Shown here: positions 51,271-59,656 of the stretch, one piece after another
How the letters are laid out: each line of letters begins with the position of its first letter
Numbering within the stretch: position 1 is the stretch's first letter
Virus record (IMG/VR): IMGVR_UViG_3300007770_000007
Coordinates: 1 to 64,000 of that record
Source: a virus
Strand: one strand, 5' to 3'
DNA length: 64,000 nt
Position numbers and translations under genes: made by a program
The notes under the pieces: model-generated
Seen by the model: only the letters and a program-made list of their open reading frames with translations
What the model was told of the DNA's origin: nothing
Databases searched by the model: none

Positions 51271-51301
51271 ACTCCGGGCAGGCCCTCCTGCCCGGAGTTT
51301 T
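51271..51301 (+). terminator. Intrinsic terminator
   Basis: 12-bp stem ACTCCGGGCAGG/CCTGCCCGGAGT followed by TTT. Confidence 0.7.
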
Positions 51302-51315
51302 CATTTGAGGATCGG

Positions 51316-51564
51316 ATGACAGAGCCGCAGACGCACTACCGCACAAGCGACTTGTACTTTGCTGCGTATCTGAAAGTGGCTGCGGTCCCCTTTGTGGACA
51401 CCTTTCGCGATGGCGGGCGCGTCTATTTCTTGTTCGAGGACCAGGGGTCTTCGATCATGCGGGAGTTGAAGCGTCAGTATTTCGCTGACGTGGCGAAGGT
51501 TCCCGCCATGTCTTTTGTGCAGGCGATTCGGCTGATGAAGTCCATGACTTATGCCGACCGTTAG
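51316..51564 (+). CDS. DUF5659-like small protein
   Basis: YRTSDLYFAAYL...RVYFLF pattern; GAGG RBS. Confidence 0.65.
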   Translation: MTEPQTHYRTSDLYFAAYLKVAAVPFVDTFRDGGRVYFLFEDQGSSIMRELKRQYFADVAKVPAMSFVQAIRLMKSMTYADR

Positions 51565-51573
51565 TTCCCTTAT
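51559..51573 (+). promoter_or_regulatory. Putative late promoter variant CGTTA-N7-TAT
   Basis: One mismatch to consensus; correct position before 51599. Confidence 0.5.
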
Positions 51574-51598
51574 GGTTTGAGAATAGCGGAGGTTCGAC

Positions 51599-52492
51599 AT
51601 GGGCGTTGTATTCACACCAGGAGAAACCCTTGGTAGGAATGACCTCGACATCTTCTTGTCGAACTCTGCGGGCAATCCTACCAACGCCTTCGCTATCTCC
51701 TACGCCCTCTACTATGTAGACCCGGCCACTTGCGCCGAGGTTCTCATCGGAAGTGCAGGGCGAACCCCTGTGAACCCCGCAGTGGGCGAATACTACGCAA
51801 GCCTCCAGATCCCCCCGAATGCCACGCCCGGAGACTACCGTATCCGCTGGCTTTTCAGGGAAACGGCGGCGTCTCCTGAAGAGGGCGCGGTCCAAGAGTT
51901 TGGTGTGGTGGATGCCGCTGTGACCACTGCTTCGATTTACACGGACTGCATCCAGGACCTCATCACCAAGATGCGGTTCATGACGAGGGATAACGACCCG
52001 GATCGCAACTACCGTTTCATGCCACCAGAGGGAGAGGGCACCGTTGGTTGCTACAATCAGGTGTTCGGGTACATCTGGACTGACGAGGAGTTCGTTCAGT
52101 ACCTGGAAATCGCCCTCTGGAAGTGGAACATGCACCCCCCAGAGACGGAAGAGCTTTCCACTCTGGATAAGCTGTGCGCCAACAAAGCGGTGTGGAAAGC
52201 GGCGATCCTTTGGGGAGCGTTGGTGAACGCTGCCCAAGCCTTGGCATACAACTGGGTCGCCAACGAGTTTGACTACTCGATTGGGGGAATCTCTCTGTCT
52301 ATTGAGAAATCCTCCAAGTACGAGTCCCTGAAGCAGAACGCCGAAGAGCAGTGGGACAAACTCACTGAAGCAAAGGTGAGGACCACAAAGTACATGCGTG
52401 GCTTGGCGCAACCCCGGTTTGGGCGCGGCGTCCGTTCTGCTTTTGGCCCCTACGTTGGGAGAGGGGTTCTGTCTCCCCGGAACTTCATTTAG
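51599..52492 (+). CDS. Head-tail connector/neck protein
   Basis: N-terminal Ig-like domain, helical C-domain with WTDEEF, YSIGGISLSI.KS.KY as in adaptor proteins. Confidence 0.6.
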   Translation: MGVVFTPGETLGRNDLDIFLSNSAGNPTNAFAISYALYYVDPATCAEVLIGSAGRTPVNPAVGEYYASLQIPPNATPGDYRIRWLFRETAASPEEGAVQEFGVVDAAVTTASIYTDCIQDLITKMRFMTRDNDPDRNYRFMPPEGEGTVGCYNQVFGYIWTDEEFVQYLEIALWKWNMHPPETEELSTLDKLCANKAVWKAAILWGALVNAAQALAYNWVANEFDYSIGGISLSIEKSSKYESLKQNAEEQWDKLTEAKVRTTKYMRGLAQPRFGRGVRSAFGPYVGRGVLSPRNFI

Positions 52493-52499
52493 GACCTTC

Positions 52500-52751
52500 A
52501 TGGCAGACGAACCCACCAACTCCAAACCCATCGACCTCATTCTTCAAATCAAGGGCCTCTTGCCCGTTCTTGCTGCGGTAGCCGCCATTGTGGGGTTCTA
52601 CTACACCACGGAACATCGTCTGACGCGCCTTGAAGATGACCTATCGGAGATGAGGGAGCGCGTCACCGAGCTTCAGGGTGAAGTCTCCACTGTCCGATCA
52701 GACATCAACAAGGTTGAGAAGCGGTATCGCCGCAACCGGGACGAGGATTAG
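52500..52751 (+). CDS. Single-TM coiled-coil protein (lysis-related candidate)
   Basis: LLPVLAAVAAIVGFYY TM followed by heptads. Confidence 0.6.
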   Translation: MADEPTNSKPIDLILQIKGLLPVLAAVAAIVGFYYTTEHRLTRLEDDLSEMRERVTELQGEVSTVRSDINKVEKRYRRNRDED

Positions 52752-53158
52752 TCCTCTTTGGCCGCCTCTTTGGCCAGCTTCTTGGCTTCCTTGGCGATTT
52801 CCATGTCCCTGTAGTGGTCACGCATCTCGGATAGCCCCGTCCGTACATCCTCTGCCACCTGTTCCAGCTTGGCGTTTGATTCCTGCATCTGGGTGGCTAT
52901 GGCGTGTTTGCAGTCAGCCATCATGTCGTGGCATTCCTTGGCCTCTTTGCGGTAAGCCTCGATGACTGAATCATAACGAAGCCGCATCTTCTCGATACGC
53001 CCTTCGTGGCCGCCTTCAATCTCTTTTAGCTGGCTCTGGAAACCTTCAATCAACTTGTCGAGACGGCCCTGCATCTTCATATGCTGCCATATGAGAAACC
53101 CGGCGAAGATGCCTAACGCCCCGAAGTCGAGAAGTTGGCTGATGAAGGAGTCGGTCAT
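52748..53158 (-). CDS. BhlA/UviB-like holin candidate
   Basis: N-terminal TM FGALGIFAGFLIW followed by coiled coil. Confidence 0.5.
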   Translation of the reverse strand: MTDSFISQLLDFGALGIFAGFLIWQHMKMQGRLDKLIEGFQSQLKEIEGGHEGRIEKMRLRYDSVIEAYRKEAKECHDMMADCKHAIATQMQESNAKLEQVAEDVRTGLSEMRDHYRDMEIAKEAKKLAKEAAKED

Positions 53159-53253
53159 TAGGGTCTCGCTAAACGTAGTGTCTCACTAAACTGGGAGACA
53201 CTATTGACACTCCATTGGCCTACCTCCTGCCCTCCCTCCTGGAAGGGTGATTC

Positions 53254-53616
53254 CTATGTAGGGGAGGGGGGAGAATCCCCCTTTTTGGGGTCATCCGGGG
53301 GCTTCATCAGCTTTGACGCCGTGCCTTCAGGGGGAAGTCTGGAGGCTATGAGTTCGGGCAGTGTCAGGGAGCCAAGTGCGCTGGTCACTTCATTGAAAGC
53401 CCTTTTGTAGTCTGGCTCGAACCGTAGTTCTGTTTTCCCCTCGTGTCCGTGGATGGATTGGATGTCTCCGATACTGTCGTATAGGTTCACAGAGGGGTGT
53501 TCGGACGACCAGAACAAGGCCACTCGACCGTTGTCGGCCACGAAGCCTTGCGCGATTCGGCCTGTACCGCTCACCCCCGACTCGTCCTCCAAGCGGTGTA
53601 GATAAAAAACCTTCAA
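53254..53616 (-). CDS. Hypothetical phage protein
   Basis: F.L.R.ED.SGVSGTG.IAQG...W...IHGHEG motif recurrent in phage proteins; GGAGG RBS. Confidence 0.7.
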   Translation of the reverse strand: MKVFYLHRLEDESGVSGTGRIAQGFVADNGRVALFWSSEHPSVNLYDSIGDIQSIHGHEGKTELRFEPDYKRAFNEVTSALGSLTLPELIASRLPPEGTASKLMKPPDDPKKGDSPPSPT

Positions 53617-53654
53617 GGGAATCCTCCCGATTCATCGTTCGTAAAGCATTGTAG

Positions 53655-53669
53655 ATAGGGAGGTCACCG
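53655..53669 (-). promoter_or_regulatory. Putative late promoter CGGTG-N7-TAT
   Basis: Reverse-strand match upstream of 53616. Confidence 0.55.
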
Positions 53670-53894
53670 TTTCAGGAAGCTCGCTGCGGTAGCCCATCCT
53701 TTGGAGGTCAGCCGCCTGGGTTCCCGCTTGGTCACCCAGCCCTTGTTTATGGCGTGTTGCGTGTAGGGTTCGTCGGCACCCCCGATAACCGGGTGCATTG
53801 CGGGCGTCGTGCTTCTGATAAGAGCGTCCCCCCACTTCACCAAAAGGGACCTTGTGTACTGGTCAATGAAGTTTTCTTCTGCCTTGGTACGCAT
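53664..53894 (-). CDS. Small hypothetical protein
   Basis: AGGAG RBS; 76 aa. Confidence 0.65.
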   Translation of the reverse strand: MRTKAEENFIDQYTRSLLVKWGDALIRSTTPAMHPVIGGADEPYTQHAINKGWVTKREPRRLTSKGWATAASFLKR

Positions 53895-53910
53895 CGTCTC
53901 TCCTTGTGCG

Positions 53911-53925
53911 CGGTAACGTCCTTAT
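53911..53925 (+). promoter_or_regulatory. Putative late promoter CGGTA-N7-TAT
   Basis: Consensus match, similar to 28085 site (CGCGGTAACGT). Confidence 0.7.
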
Positions 53926-53977
53926 CCCCGCTGAATGATGTTAGGCGGGAAGCATCTCATGCAGGAGGATTCACAGC

Positions 53978-54277
53978 ATGGCAAAGCAGAGTACCCGCAA
54001 GAAGACCACGAAGACCGAGGCTCCCGAGGAGGGGGTTCTGGGAGATGTCTCTCCCCAGGTTCTTCATGGAGTTACAGCCCTTCGAGGCCAAACCAACAAC
54101 CTCCTTACGGAAGTCGGACGTGTTGAAGTCCACAAGGACCGGCTTCTCAAGGAGATTTACCGCCTTGATGATGAGGCAACCCGTCTGCTCCAGCAAGAGG
54201 CAAAGCGGTTGGAGATCCCCGACGGGACTCCTTGGCGCATGACTCCTGAAGGAAAGGCTATGGTTGTAAAGGAGTAA
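53978..54277 (+). CDS. Small coiled-coil protein
   Basis: AGGAGG RBS. Confidence 0.75.
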   Translation: MAKQSTRKKTTKTEAPEEGVLGDVSPQVLHGVTALRGQTNNLLTEVGRVEVHKDRLLKEIYRLDDEATRLLQQEAKRLEIPDGTPWRMTPEGKAMVVKE

Positions 54278-54280
54278 GGT

Positions 54281-56419
54281 ATGGCGGCTGGCTGGGATCC
54301 AGCATCGGGTGAGTTTCCGTGGCCTCCCATGAACGGTACGGCGATGTCGGCCTTCACGGGTACGGATACCGATCTCCGTTGGGACGACCCTTCGGAGATC
54401 AGCACCGGCCCAGCCACGCCTACTACACGGGCTACCGTGTCCGTTGCAGTCACAGGAACCCCCGCTGTCCTGACGGCAGCTACGGGTTCCATTGTGGTGT
54501 CTGGCTCCGTCACAGCGGGTGCGACCTTCTCTATTGCGGGGTACGTCGTCACGTCGGTGGCGGGTGCGCCCACAGCAGCCGATGAGTTCGACGGGTCTTC
54601 TGCGGACCCTGCCGTGGTTGCTGCCAACATCGCAACAGCCATCAACACCGGAACGATAGGCGGCTGGGGCATTGTTGATGCTGTGGCTACCGGAGGGACC
54701 GTGGATCTGACTGCGGTGACTCCGGGTTCCGCAGGCAACGCAATCGACCTCTGGACTGGATCAAGCCTGTTCGGGATTTCTGGAGCCGCCCTCTGCGGAG
54801 GGGCTGAAGCAGCCACACTCACTATCGGGGATCAAGTTCTCACGGCTTCCTCTGATTCCAGGACGGTGGGAGGCATGGATTTCCAGGTCGGACCCAGCAA
54901 CTTCGACACTGCCACTTCTATTGCCGATGCCATCAATGATTCAGCCAACAACCTGGGGTTTGTGACGGCTTCTTTGGAGGGCAGCACTGATGAACTGCAC
55001 CACCATTTCGGGGCCAGCGTAACCATCTCTGCTTTCCAGGACGGTTATCTGGGCGACGGCATCCAGATCGCCACGACCTCCAGTGCGTTTACCCTCTCTG
55101 ATTCACAGACTACGGGAGGAAGCGGCACGCCGTGTCCTGGTAAGTCCAACACTATGTGGACCATTATCGGAGTGAACGTGTATCGCTCTGATACTGGGGA
55201 GAGAGGTCCTTACTTTAGAGTCAACCGAGTCCCGGTAGGCACTAACTTTTTTCGGGACCGTGCTGACCGCGTTGAAGTTTCCAATGAGGTTGTGTCGTGG
55301 GACGCCTCCTGGATTTACAAAGGGGACGCCCCAAACGGGGTTCTCTGGCGTCTGACTACGAGGCAGACACCTATCGTGAAGGGTTCCGGTCCCTACCTTC
55401 CCGCAGACTCCCCCACCGACGTGACCGTTTATGTAGATGGCCGTCTGGCTCCGGTCGGACAGGTCTTTGGGCCTACCGGAGAGATTGACCTCGTTACAGC
55501 CAGCACTTGGGATGTCACCACTGAATCATGGGTGAGGCCCCCATTGCCCAAAGCAGATGGAACCTCTTCGGTGGTGGTGTCGTACACCTGGGGTCGCCGT
55601 GATTTGGTGGGGGACCTCGACAAGAAGGCCAAGGTTTTTTACCGGGTCACCACGGTCGCGGTGGACCCTTCAGGGGAAAGCCCTTCGGGTCTTGTAGAAA
55701 CCCCTTTGGGGTACTCCGAACCCATCTCCCCTATGAACAGCGAGAAGCTGGACTACATCTGGAAAGAGGCGATTCGGAGGAATCGTTGGATTCTGGAGCA
55801 GGGCGGCGAGCGCGTGAAGCTGTTTATTCGCCGTGTAAGTGGGACAGCCTGCCGATGTTCGTGGGACCCTCGGTTGTTGGAGTACACAGAACAACCCCTG
55901 AACACTTGTGAAACCTGCTTCGGCACTGGCTACGAGGGAGGGTACGAGGGGCCGATTGATCTCATCATCGGGCCTGATGATGCGGAGCGTAGAGTGACCC
56001 AGACCGCTAATGGGCGCAGGCTTGAGCACAACTATGAGGTTTGGACAGGCCCCAGCCCGATGATGTCGCAGCGGGATTTCATCGTGAAGCAGAACGGGGA
56101 GCGGTACTCAATCGGTCCAGTTCGTAGAACTGGAGTGCGGGGTGTCATTCTTCAACAGGCTTTTCAGATCGGATACCTGGATACCGGAGATATTCGATAC
56201 AAGGTTCCTCTTGTCGGGCTGGAGGAGCTTACATGGCCCGAGACTCGCTACACGCGGCCAGAAGAAGCCCCTTGCGAGGACGCTCAACCGTACCCTGTCG
56301 GATTTGACTACCAAGCCACTCCAATGGGAACCGAAGTCCCGAAGATTGAGGATGGCCGTGAGCAACGAGGCCGCACCCCCGTGTGGGCCAACATCACCTA
56401 CGGCGGTAAAGGATCCTGA
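54281..56419 (+). CDS. Head-closure/neck protein with N-terminal beta modules
   Basis: C-terminal LEQGGERVKLFIRR..G..C.C...C.TCFGTGYEGGY; two repeated beta modules at the N-terminus. Confidence 0.6.
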   Translation: MAAGWDPASGEFPWPPMNGTAMSAFTGTDTDLRWDDPSEISTGPATPTTRATVSVAVTGTPAVLTAATGSIVVSGSVTAGATFSIAGYVVTSVAGAPTAADEFDGSSADPAVVAANIATAINTGTIGGWGIVDAVATGGTVDLTAVTPGSAGNAIDLWTGSSLFGISGAALCGGAEAATLTIGDQVLTASSDSRTVGGMDFQVGPSNFDTATSIADAINDSANNLGFVTASLEGSTDELHHHFGASVTISAFQDGYLGDGIQIATTSSAFTLSDSQTTGGSGTPCPGKSNTMWTIIGVNVYRSDTGERGPYFRVNRVPVGTNFFRDRADRVEVSNEVVSWDASWIYKGDAPNGVLWRLTTRQTPIVKGSGPYLPADSPTDVTVYVDGRLAPVGQVFGPTGEIDLVTASTWDVTTESWVRPPLPKADGTSSVVVSYTWGRRDLVGDLDKKAKVFYRVTTVAVDPSGESPSGLVETPLGYSEPISPMNSEKLDYIWKEAIRRNRWILEQGGERVKLFIRRVSGTACRCSWDPRLLEYTEQPLNTCETCFGTGYEGGYEGPIDLIIGPDDAERRVTQTANGRRLEHNYEVWTGPSPMMSQRDFIVKQNGERYSIGPVRRTGVRGVILQQAFQIGYLDTGDIRYKVPLVGLEELTWPETRYTRPEEAPCEDAQPYPVGFDYQATPMGTEVPKIEDGREQRGRTPVWANITYGGKGS

Positions 56420-56736
56420 TGGCCCGTTGTGGACGATGCGGGCTATGGAATAAGTACCCGGACAGCCACCCGGAGAAGAAGTACGCTGGGGTCTGTATGT
56501 GGTATCAGATTCGCCTTGCCGACCATGATGTTTGGGAAGAACGGGAGTGTAAGGATTTCTTCGAGCGGATTCCGGGCCTGCACCCTTTCGACCATTTCAA
56601 GTACAAGATTCAGCGCGACAACCTGGGCGAAGCCTATGAGCACGCACGACGAGCAAAGGCTATCTCATACGTCAGCATTTTCCTTTCCATCTCTGGGTTT
56701 GCTTTGGGCCTCTACAAAGCCTTTTGGGGGTCTTGA
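56419..56736 (+). CDS. Small Cys-rich protein with C-terminal TM helix
   Basis: CGRC..GVC..EC.DF; hydrophobic C-terminus; coupled. Confidence 0.65.
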   Translation: MARCGRCGLWNKYPDSHPEKKYAGVCMWYQIRLADHDVWEERECKDFFERIPGLHPFDHFKYKIQRDNLGEAYEHARRAKAISYVSIFLSISGFALGLYKAFWGS

Positions 56737-57317
56737 TGGCAAGGTTGAAGGGCGTGTATGGAAAGCCTTGGAGCAAGCTGGTCGGGGAGAAGGTTGACCT
56801 CACCCCGGAGGTGATGAATCAGGTCGGTGTCATCATCCTGGATAGCGTGAAGTCCGAGATCATCAAAGCAGCGGCTATGGCCCGAGGCGTTCGAGGGCGT
56901 GGGGAGCCGGTGCCCATCCCCAACACCAACGAGTTCAAGGATTCTTTCGAGTATTCCTTACGCGGCGCTCGCACCATCGAGATTTCGTCTGACTGGCCTT
57001 ACGCGGAGGTGTGGGAGGAAGGAAAAGATCCCTACCCTATGACATGGCTTACTGGCCGTGCTGCTGGAGCGGAACCGTTCCCCCAGCGTCCGGGTAAGGT
57101 GCAGTCGAGTAAGTACGCGGTGCCCATTGTCACCGCTACAGGAAAGGTGATTATTCGGTACGCCCCATTCACTACCCAAGATGCTTGGATCCATCCCGGT
57201 TTCGCCCGGTATGGGTTCCTCCAGAAAGGAATCAAGAAGGGAAGGTTGAAGGCAGCCGAGTACATCATCAAAGCAGCCGTTATCCCCCTTTTAGAACAAT
57301 CGGACCCGTTGCTATGA
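56736..57317 (+). CDS. Putative neck/tail-completion protein
   Basis: Coupled; PYAEVWEEG and WIHPG motifs as in virion morphogenesis proteins. Confidence 0.55.
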   Translation: MARLKGVYGKPWSKLVGEKVDLTPEVMNQVGVIILDSVKSEIIKAAAMARGVRGRGEPVPIPNTNEFKDSFEYSLRGARTIEISSDWPYAEVWEEGKDPYPMTWLTGRAAGAEPFPQRPGKVQSSKYAVPIVTATGKVIIRYAPFTTQDAWIHPGFARYGFLQKGIKKGRLKAAEYIIKAAVIPLLEQSDPLL

Positions 57318-58003
57318 CTTTGGAAGCCCGGATTGAGTCCCCACAGCCTGTCTATATTCAAGACTTGGGTGTGTGGGTTCGTCCAGGAACCCACACCTGG
57401 GTTCCCAAAGAGAAGGCCGATTCTTCCGCTTGCTTGGCTCAACTCATCCGTCTTGGGAAGGTGAGGGTATCGTTCAGAAAGAGGTGTAAGGTGTCCAAGG
57501 ATCCCCCCAGACGACCACCAGCCATAGCTGGTGCGTTGAGCAGGCCCCGAAAGGCAGGGCTTCAGAAGCCTTTCGGCAAGCAGCAGCAAATCCAACAAGC
57601 TGCAAAAGAGGCGGGCATGACACCAGAACAGGTGGCAGACCTCGTCCAACAAGCCGCAGCAGCAGCCGCACAACAAGCCGCAGCAGCCGTTGTCGGGCAA
57701 CTGAACACGGCTCCTGGAATCGCAGAGGTAGAGGAACGCCTCCAGAGGACTATCGAAAACGCTCTCCAAAGCAGACCGGCTTCGCAAGGAGGCGGCTCGA
57801 ACGCTGCTGGCCCACGCTCCGCTGGTCCTGATGAACCCGTTTACATTCCCACGGGTATCGTTAGGGACGATTTGGACTCTGAAGTCCAAGTGCAGGCGTC
57901 AGAGTCCCAGTCCGGTGGATTGGATGCTGCTAACGAAGCCCTCCGGGCTTTGAGGCGTCGAAAAACACAAGAAGCGATGCGCGGCATCAAGAGTGAAGAT
58001 TAG
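57314..58003 (+). CDS. Hypothetical protein upstream of actin-like gene
   Basis: Coupled start; Q/A-rich helix; basic C-terminal ALRALRRRK. Confidence 0.7.
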   Translation: MTLEARIESPQPVYIQDLGVWVRPGTHTWVPKEKADSSACLAQLIRLGKVRVSFRKRCKVSKDPPRRPPAIAGALSRPRKAGLQKPFGKQQQIQQAAKEAGMTPEQVADLVQQAAAAAAQQAAAAVVGQLNTAPGIAEVEERLQRTIENALQSRPASQGGGSNAAGPRSAGPDEPVYIPTGIVRDDLDSEVQVQASESQSGGLDAANEALRALRRRKTQEAMRGIKSED

Positions 58004-58011
58004 GAGCTTTC

Positions 58012-59022
58012 ATGGCAACGAAGAAAACATTGGGTGTTGGTCTTGATGTCGGGACGATGAATCTGGTTTCTGCACGGCGAAAAGGCGGGGACAAGGTTGA
58101 GACTTCTCGGATGCGCGATGCTTTCCTGGACCTGGAATCAGGGGCCAAGAAGATGCTCAAACTTTCCGGTGTGAACTTCATCGACCGTGGGGAGGACGAA
58201 GGCATCATCGTTGTAGGTGACGCCGCCCTCGATATGGCCAACGTGTTCGGGCGGGAAGCACGCCGCCCTCTTTCGCAAGGACTGATTGCAGCCGGGGAGA
58301 ACGAGGCCCTCGATGTTTTGGGTGTCTTGGTCAAGAATGTCTTGGGCGAGCCTGCTGAAAAGAACGAGGTGTGTTTCTTCTCGGTCCCGGCAGCCCCCGT
58401 AGACGAGCAGCGTGATGTAGTTTATCACCGGGGTGTGTTTGAGCGCATTGTGACCGAGTGTGGGTTCGAGGCCGTTGCAAGCAACGAGGCTATGGCTATC
58501 ATCTTCGCGGAGACTGCAAAGGAAGGCTTCTCGGGCCTCGGAATCAGCTTCGGTTCGGGAATGTGCAACCTTGCTTTGGCGATCAACGGTATCGAGGGGC
58601 TGTCTTTTTCCGTAGCCCGAGGCGGGGATTGGATTGATGAGGGAGCGGCCCGCGCAGTGGGTTCTACAAGGTCCCGCATCTGCGCTCTCAAGGAGAAGGG
58701 TATTGACCTGCTGAACCCGGAAGGCCGGGAGCAAGAAGCCATCGCTCTCTACTACAAGAGCCTGATTGAGTATTGCATCGACCAGACGGCCCGCGAGTTT
58801 GCCCGGATCAAGGATCGGTTCTCGCTGCCTTCAGCAATCCCTATCGTTGTCTCTGGCGGCACAAGCCTTGCCGAGAACTTCCTCCCTTTCTTCGAGAAGG
58901 TCTTCGAGCGGAAGCGTAAGCGTTTCCCAATCGAAGTCAGTGAGATTCGCCAAGCTGCGGATCCTCTCAACGCCGTTGCCCGTGGGCTTCTGATTCAGGC
59001 AATGCAGGAATACGAAGAGTGA
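58012..59022 (+). CDS. Actin-fold ATPase (MreB/ParM/FtsA superfamily)
   Basis: Phosphate-1 VGLDVGT, connect NEA, phosphate-2 ISFGSG, adenosine VVSGGTS, connect-2 PLNAVARG. Confidence 0.88.
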   Translation: MATKKTLGVGLDVGTMNLVSARRKGGDKVETSRMRDAFLDLESGAKKMLKLSGVNFIDRGEDEGIIVVGDAALDMANVFGREARRPLSQGLIAAGENEALDVLGVLVKNVLGEPAEKNEVCFFSVPAAPVDEQRDVVYHRGVFERIVTECGFEAVASNEAMAIIFAETAKEGFSGLGISFGSGMCNLALAINGIEGLSFSVARGGDWIDEGAARAVGSTRSRICALKEKGIDLLNPEGREQEAIALYYKSLIEYCIDQTAREFARIKDRFSLPSAIPIVVSGGTSLAENFLPFFEKVFERKRKRFPIEVSEIRQAADPLNAVARGLLIQAMQEYEE

Positions 59023-59303
59023 AACCACCCTGTGGTGTATCTGACATCAGAGCGAGCAGAGTCCGGGAAGGGGATCTTGTGCTCGTTGAGCTTTATGAGT
59101 GCTGCGATCTTGAAGAGATGGACGAGTTGCGCGACTCGTTTGATGACCTCGCCCATGAAACGGGGGCAGCTTTTCTGGTTGTTCCCGAAAACTTGATCAA
59201 GAACATCAAGTCGATGAGCCTTTCGGAGATGGTCACTCTCCAGACAGCCCTCGAAGAGCAGATAGAATCACAGGTACAGAGGGATACTATCGGAGAGGGG
59301 TAG
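59019..59303 (+). CDS. Hypothetical protein
   Basis: GTGA-coupled to the actin-like gene. Confidence 0.6.
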   Translation: MKPPCGVSDIRASRVREGDLVLVELYECCDLEEMDELRDSFDDLAHETGAAFLVVPENLIKNIKSMSLSEMVTLQTALEEQIESQVQRDTIGEG

Positions 59304-59349
59304 ACGACCTGCACCAAAGGCGCAGGCCGACTACCGGAGGGTAAGAACC

Positions 59350-59556
59350 CTACTCTTCGCCAGAGTCGCCGCTCTCACCGGAGTCGCCGCTCTCGCCAGA
59401 GTCTCCAGACTCACCAGAGTCGCCGGAATCTCCAGCTTCCCCAGAATCTTCGGAACCAGAGTCAGAGTCGAGGCTACCGGAGTCGCCGGTATCCTCGTCC
59501 TTCCCACCACAAGCGATGAGGAAGGACACGAACAGGAAGTACATAAGGTTTTTCAT
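59350..59556 (-). CDS. Small lipoprotein with (D/E)SG repeats
   Basis: MKNLMYFLFVSFLIA-C lipobox; GDSGES repeats; GAGGAG RBS; own late motif. Confidence 0.75.
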   Translation of the reverse strand: MKNLMYFLFVSFLIACGGKDEDTGDSGSLDSDSGSEDSGEAGDSGDSGESGDSGESGDSGESGDSGEE

Positions 59557-59594
59557 TTGGTCTCCTCGGGCATTGCCCATAGACACGACCCGCT

Positions 59595-59609
59595 ATCAGC
59601 GGTCTACCG
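59595..59609 (-). promoter_or_regulatory. Putative late promoter CGGTA-N7-GAT
   Basis: Reverse-strand consensus match. Confidence 0.6.
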
Positions 59610-59617
59610 AAGATGGT

Positions 59618-59632
59618 TGGTAGGGTGCCTAT
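59618..59632 (+). promoter_or_regulatory. Putative late promoter variant TGGTA-N7-TAT
   Basis: One mismatch; divergent partner of the 59595 site. Confidence 0.55.
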
Positions 59633-59656
59633 CCATCACGGAAGGTTGGAGGTCCC

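Noticed and set aside
53176-53203. Inverted repeat TAGTGTCTC/GAGACACTA as mobile-element end
   Set aside because: It is a single short hairpin with no transposase or partner end; more likely a local RNA structure
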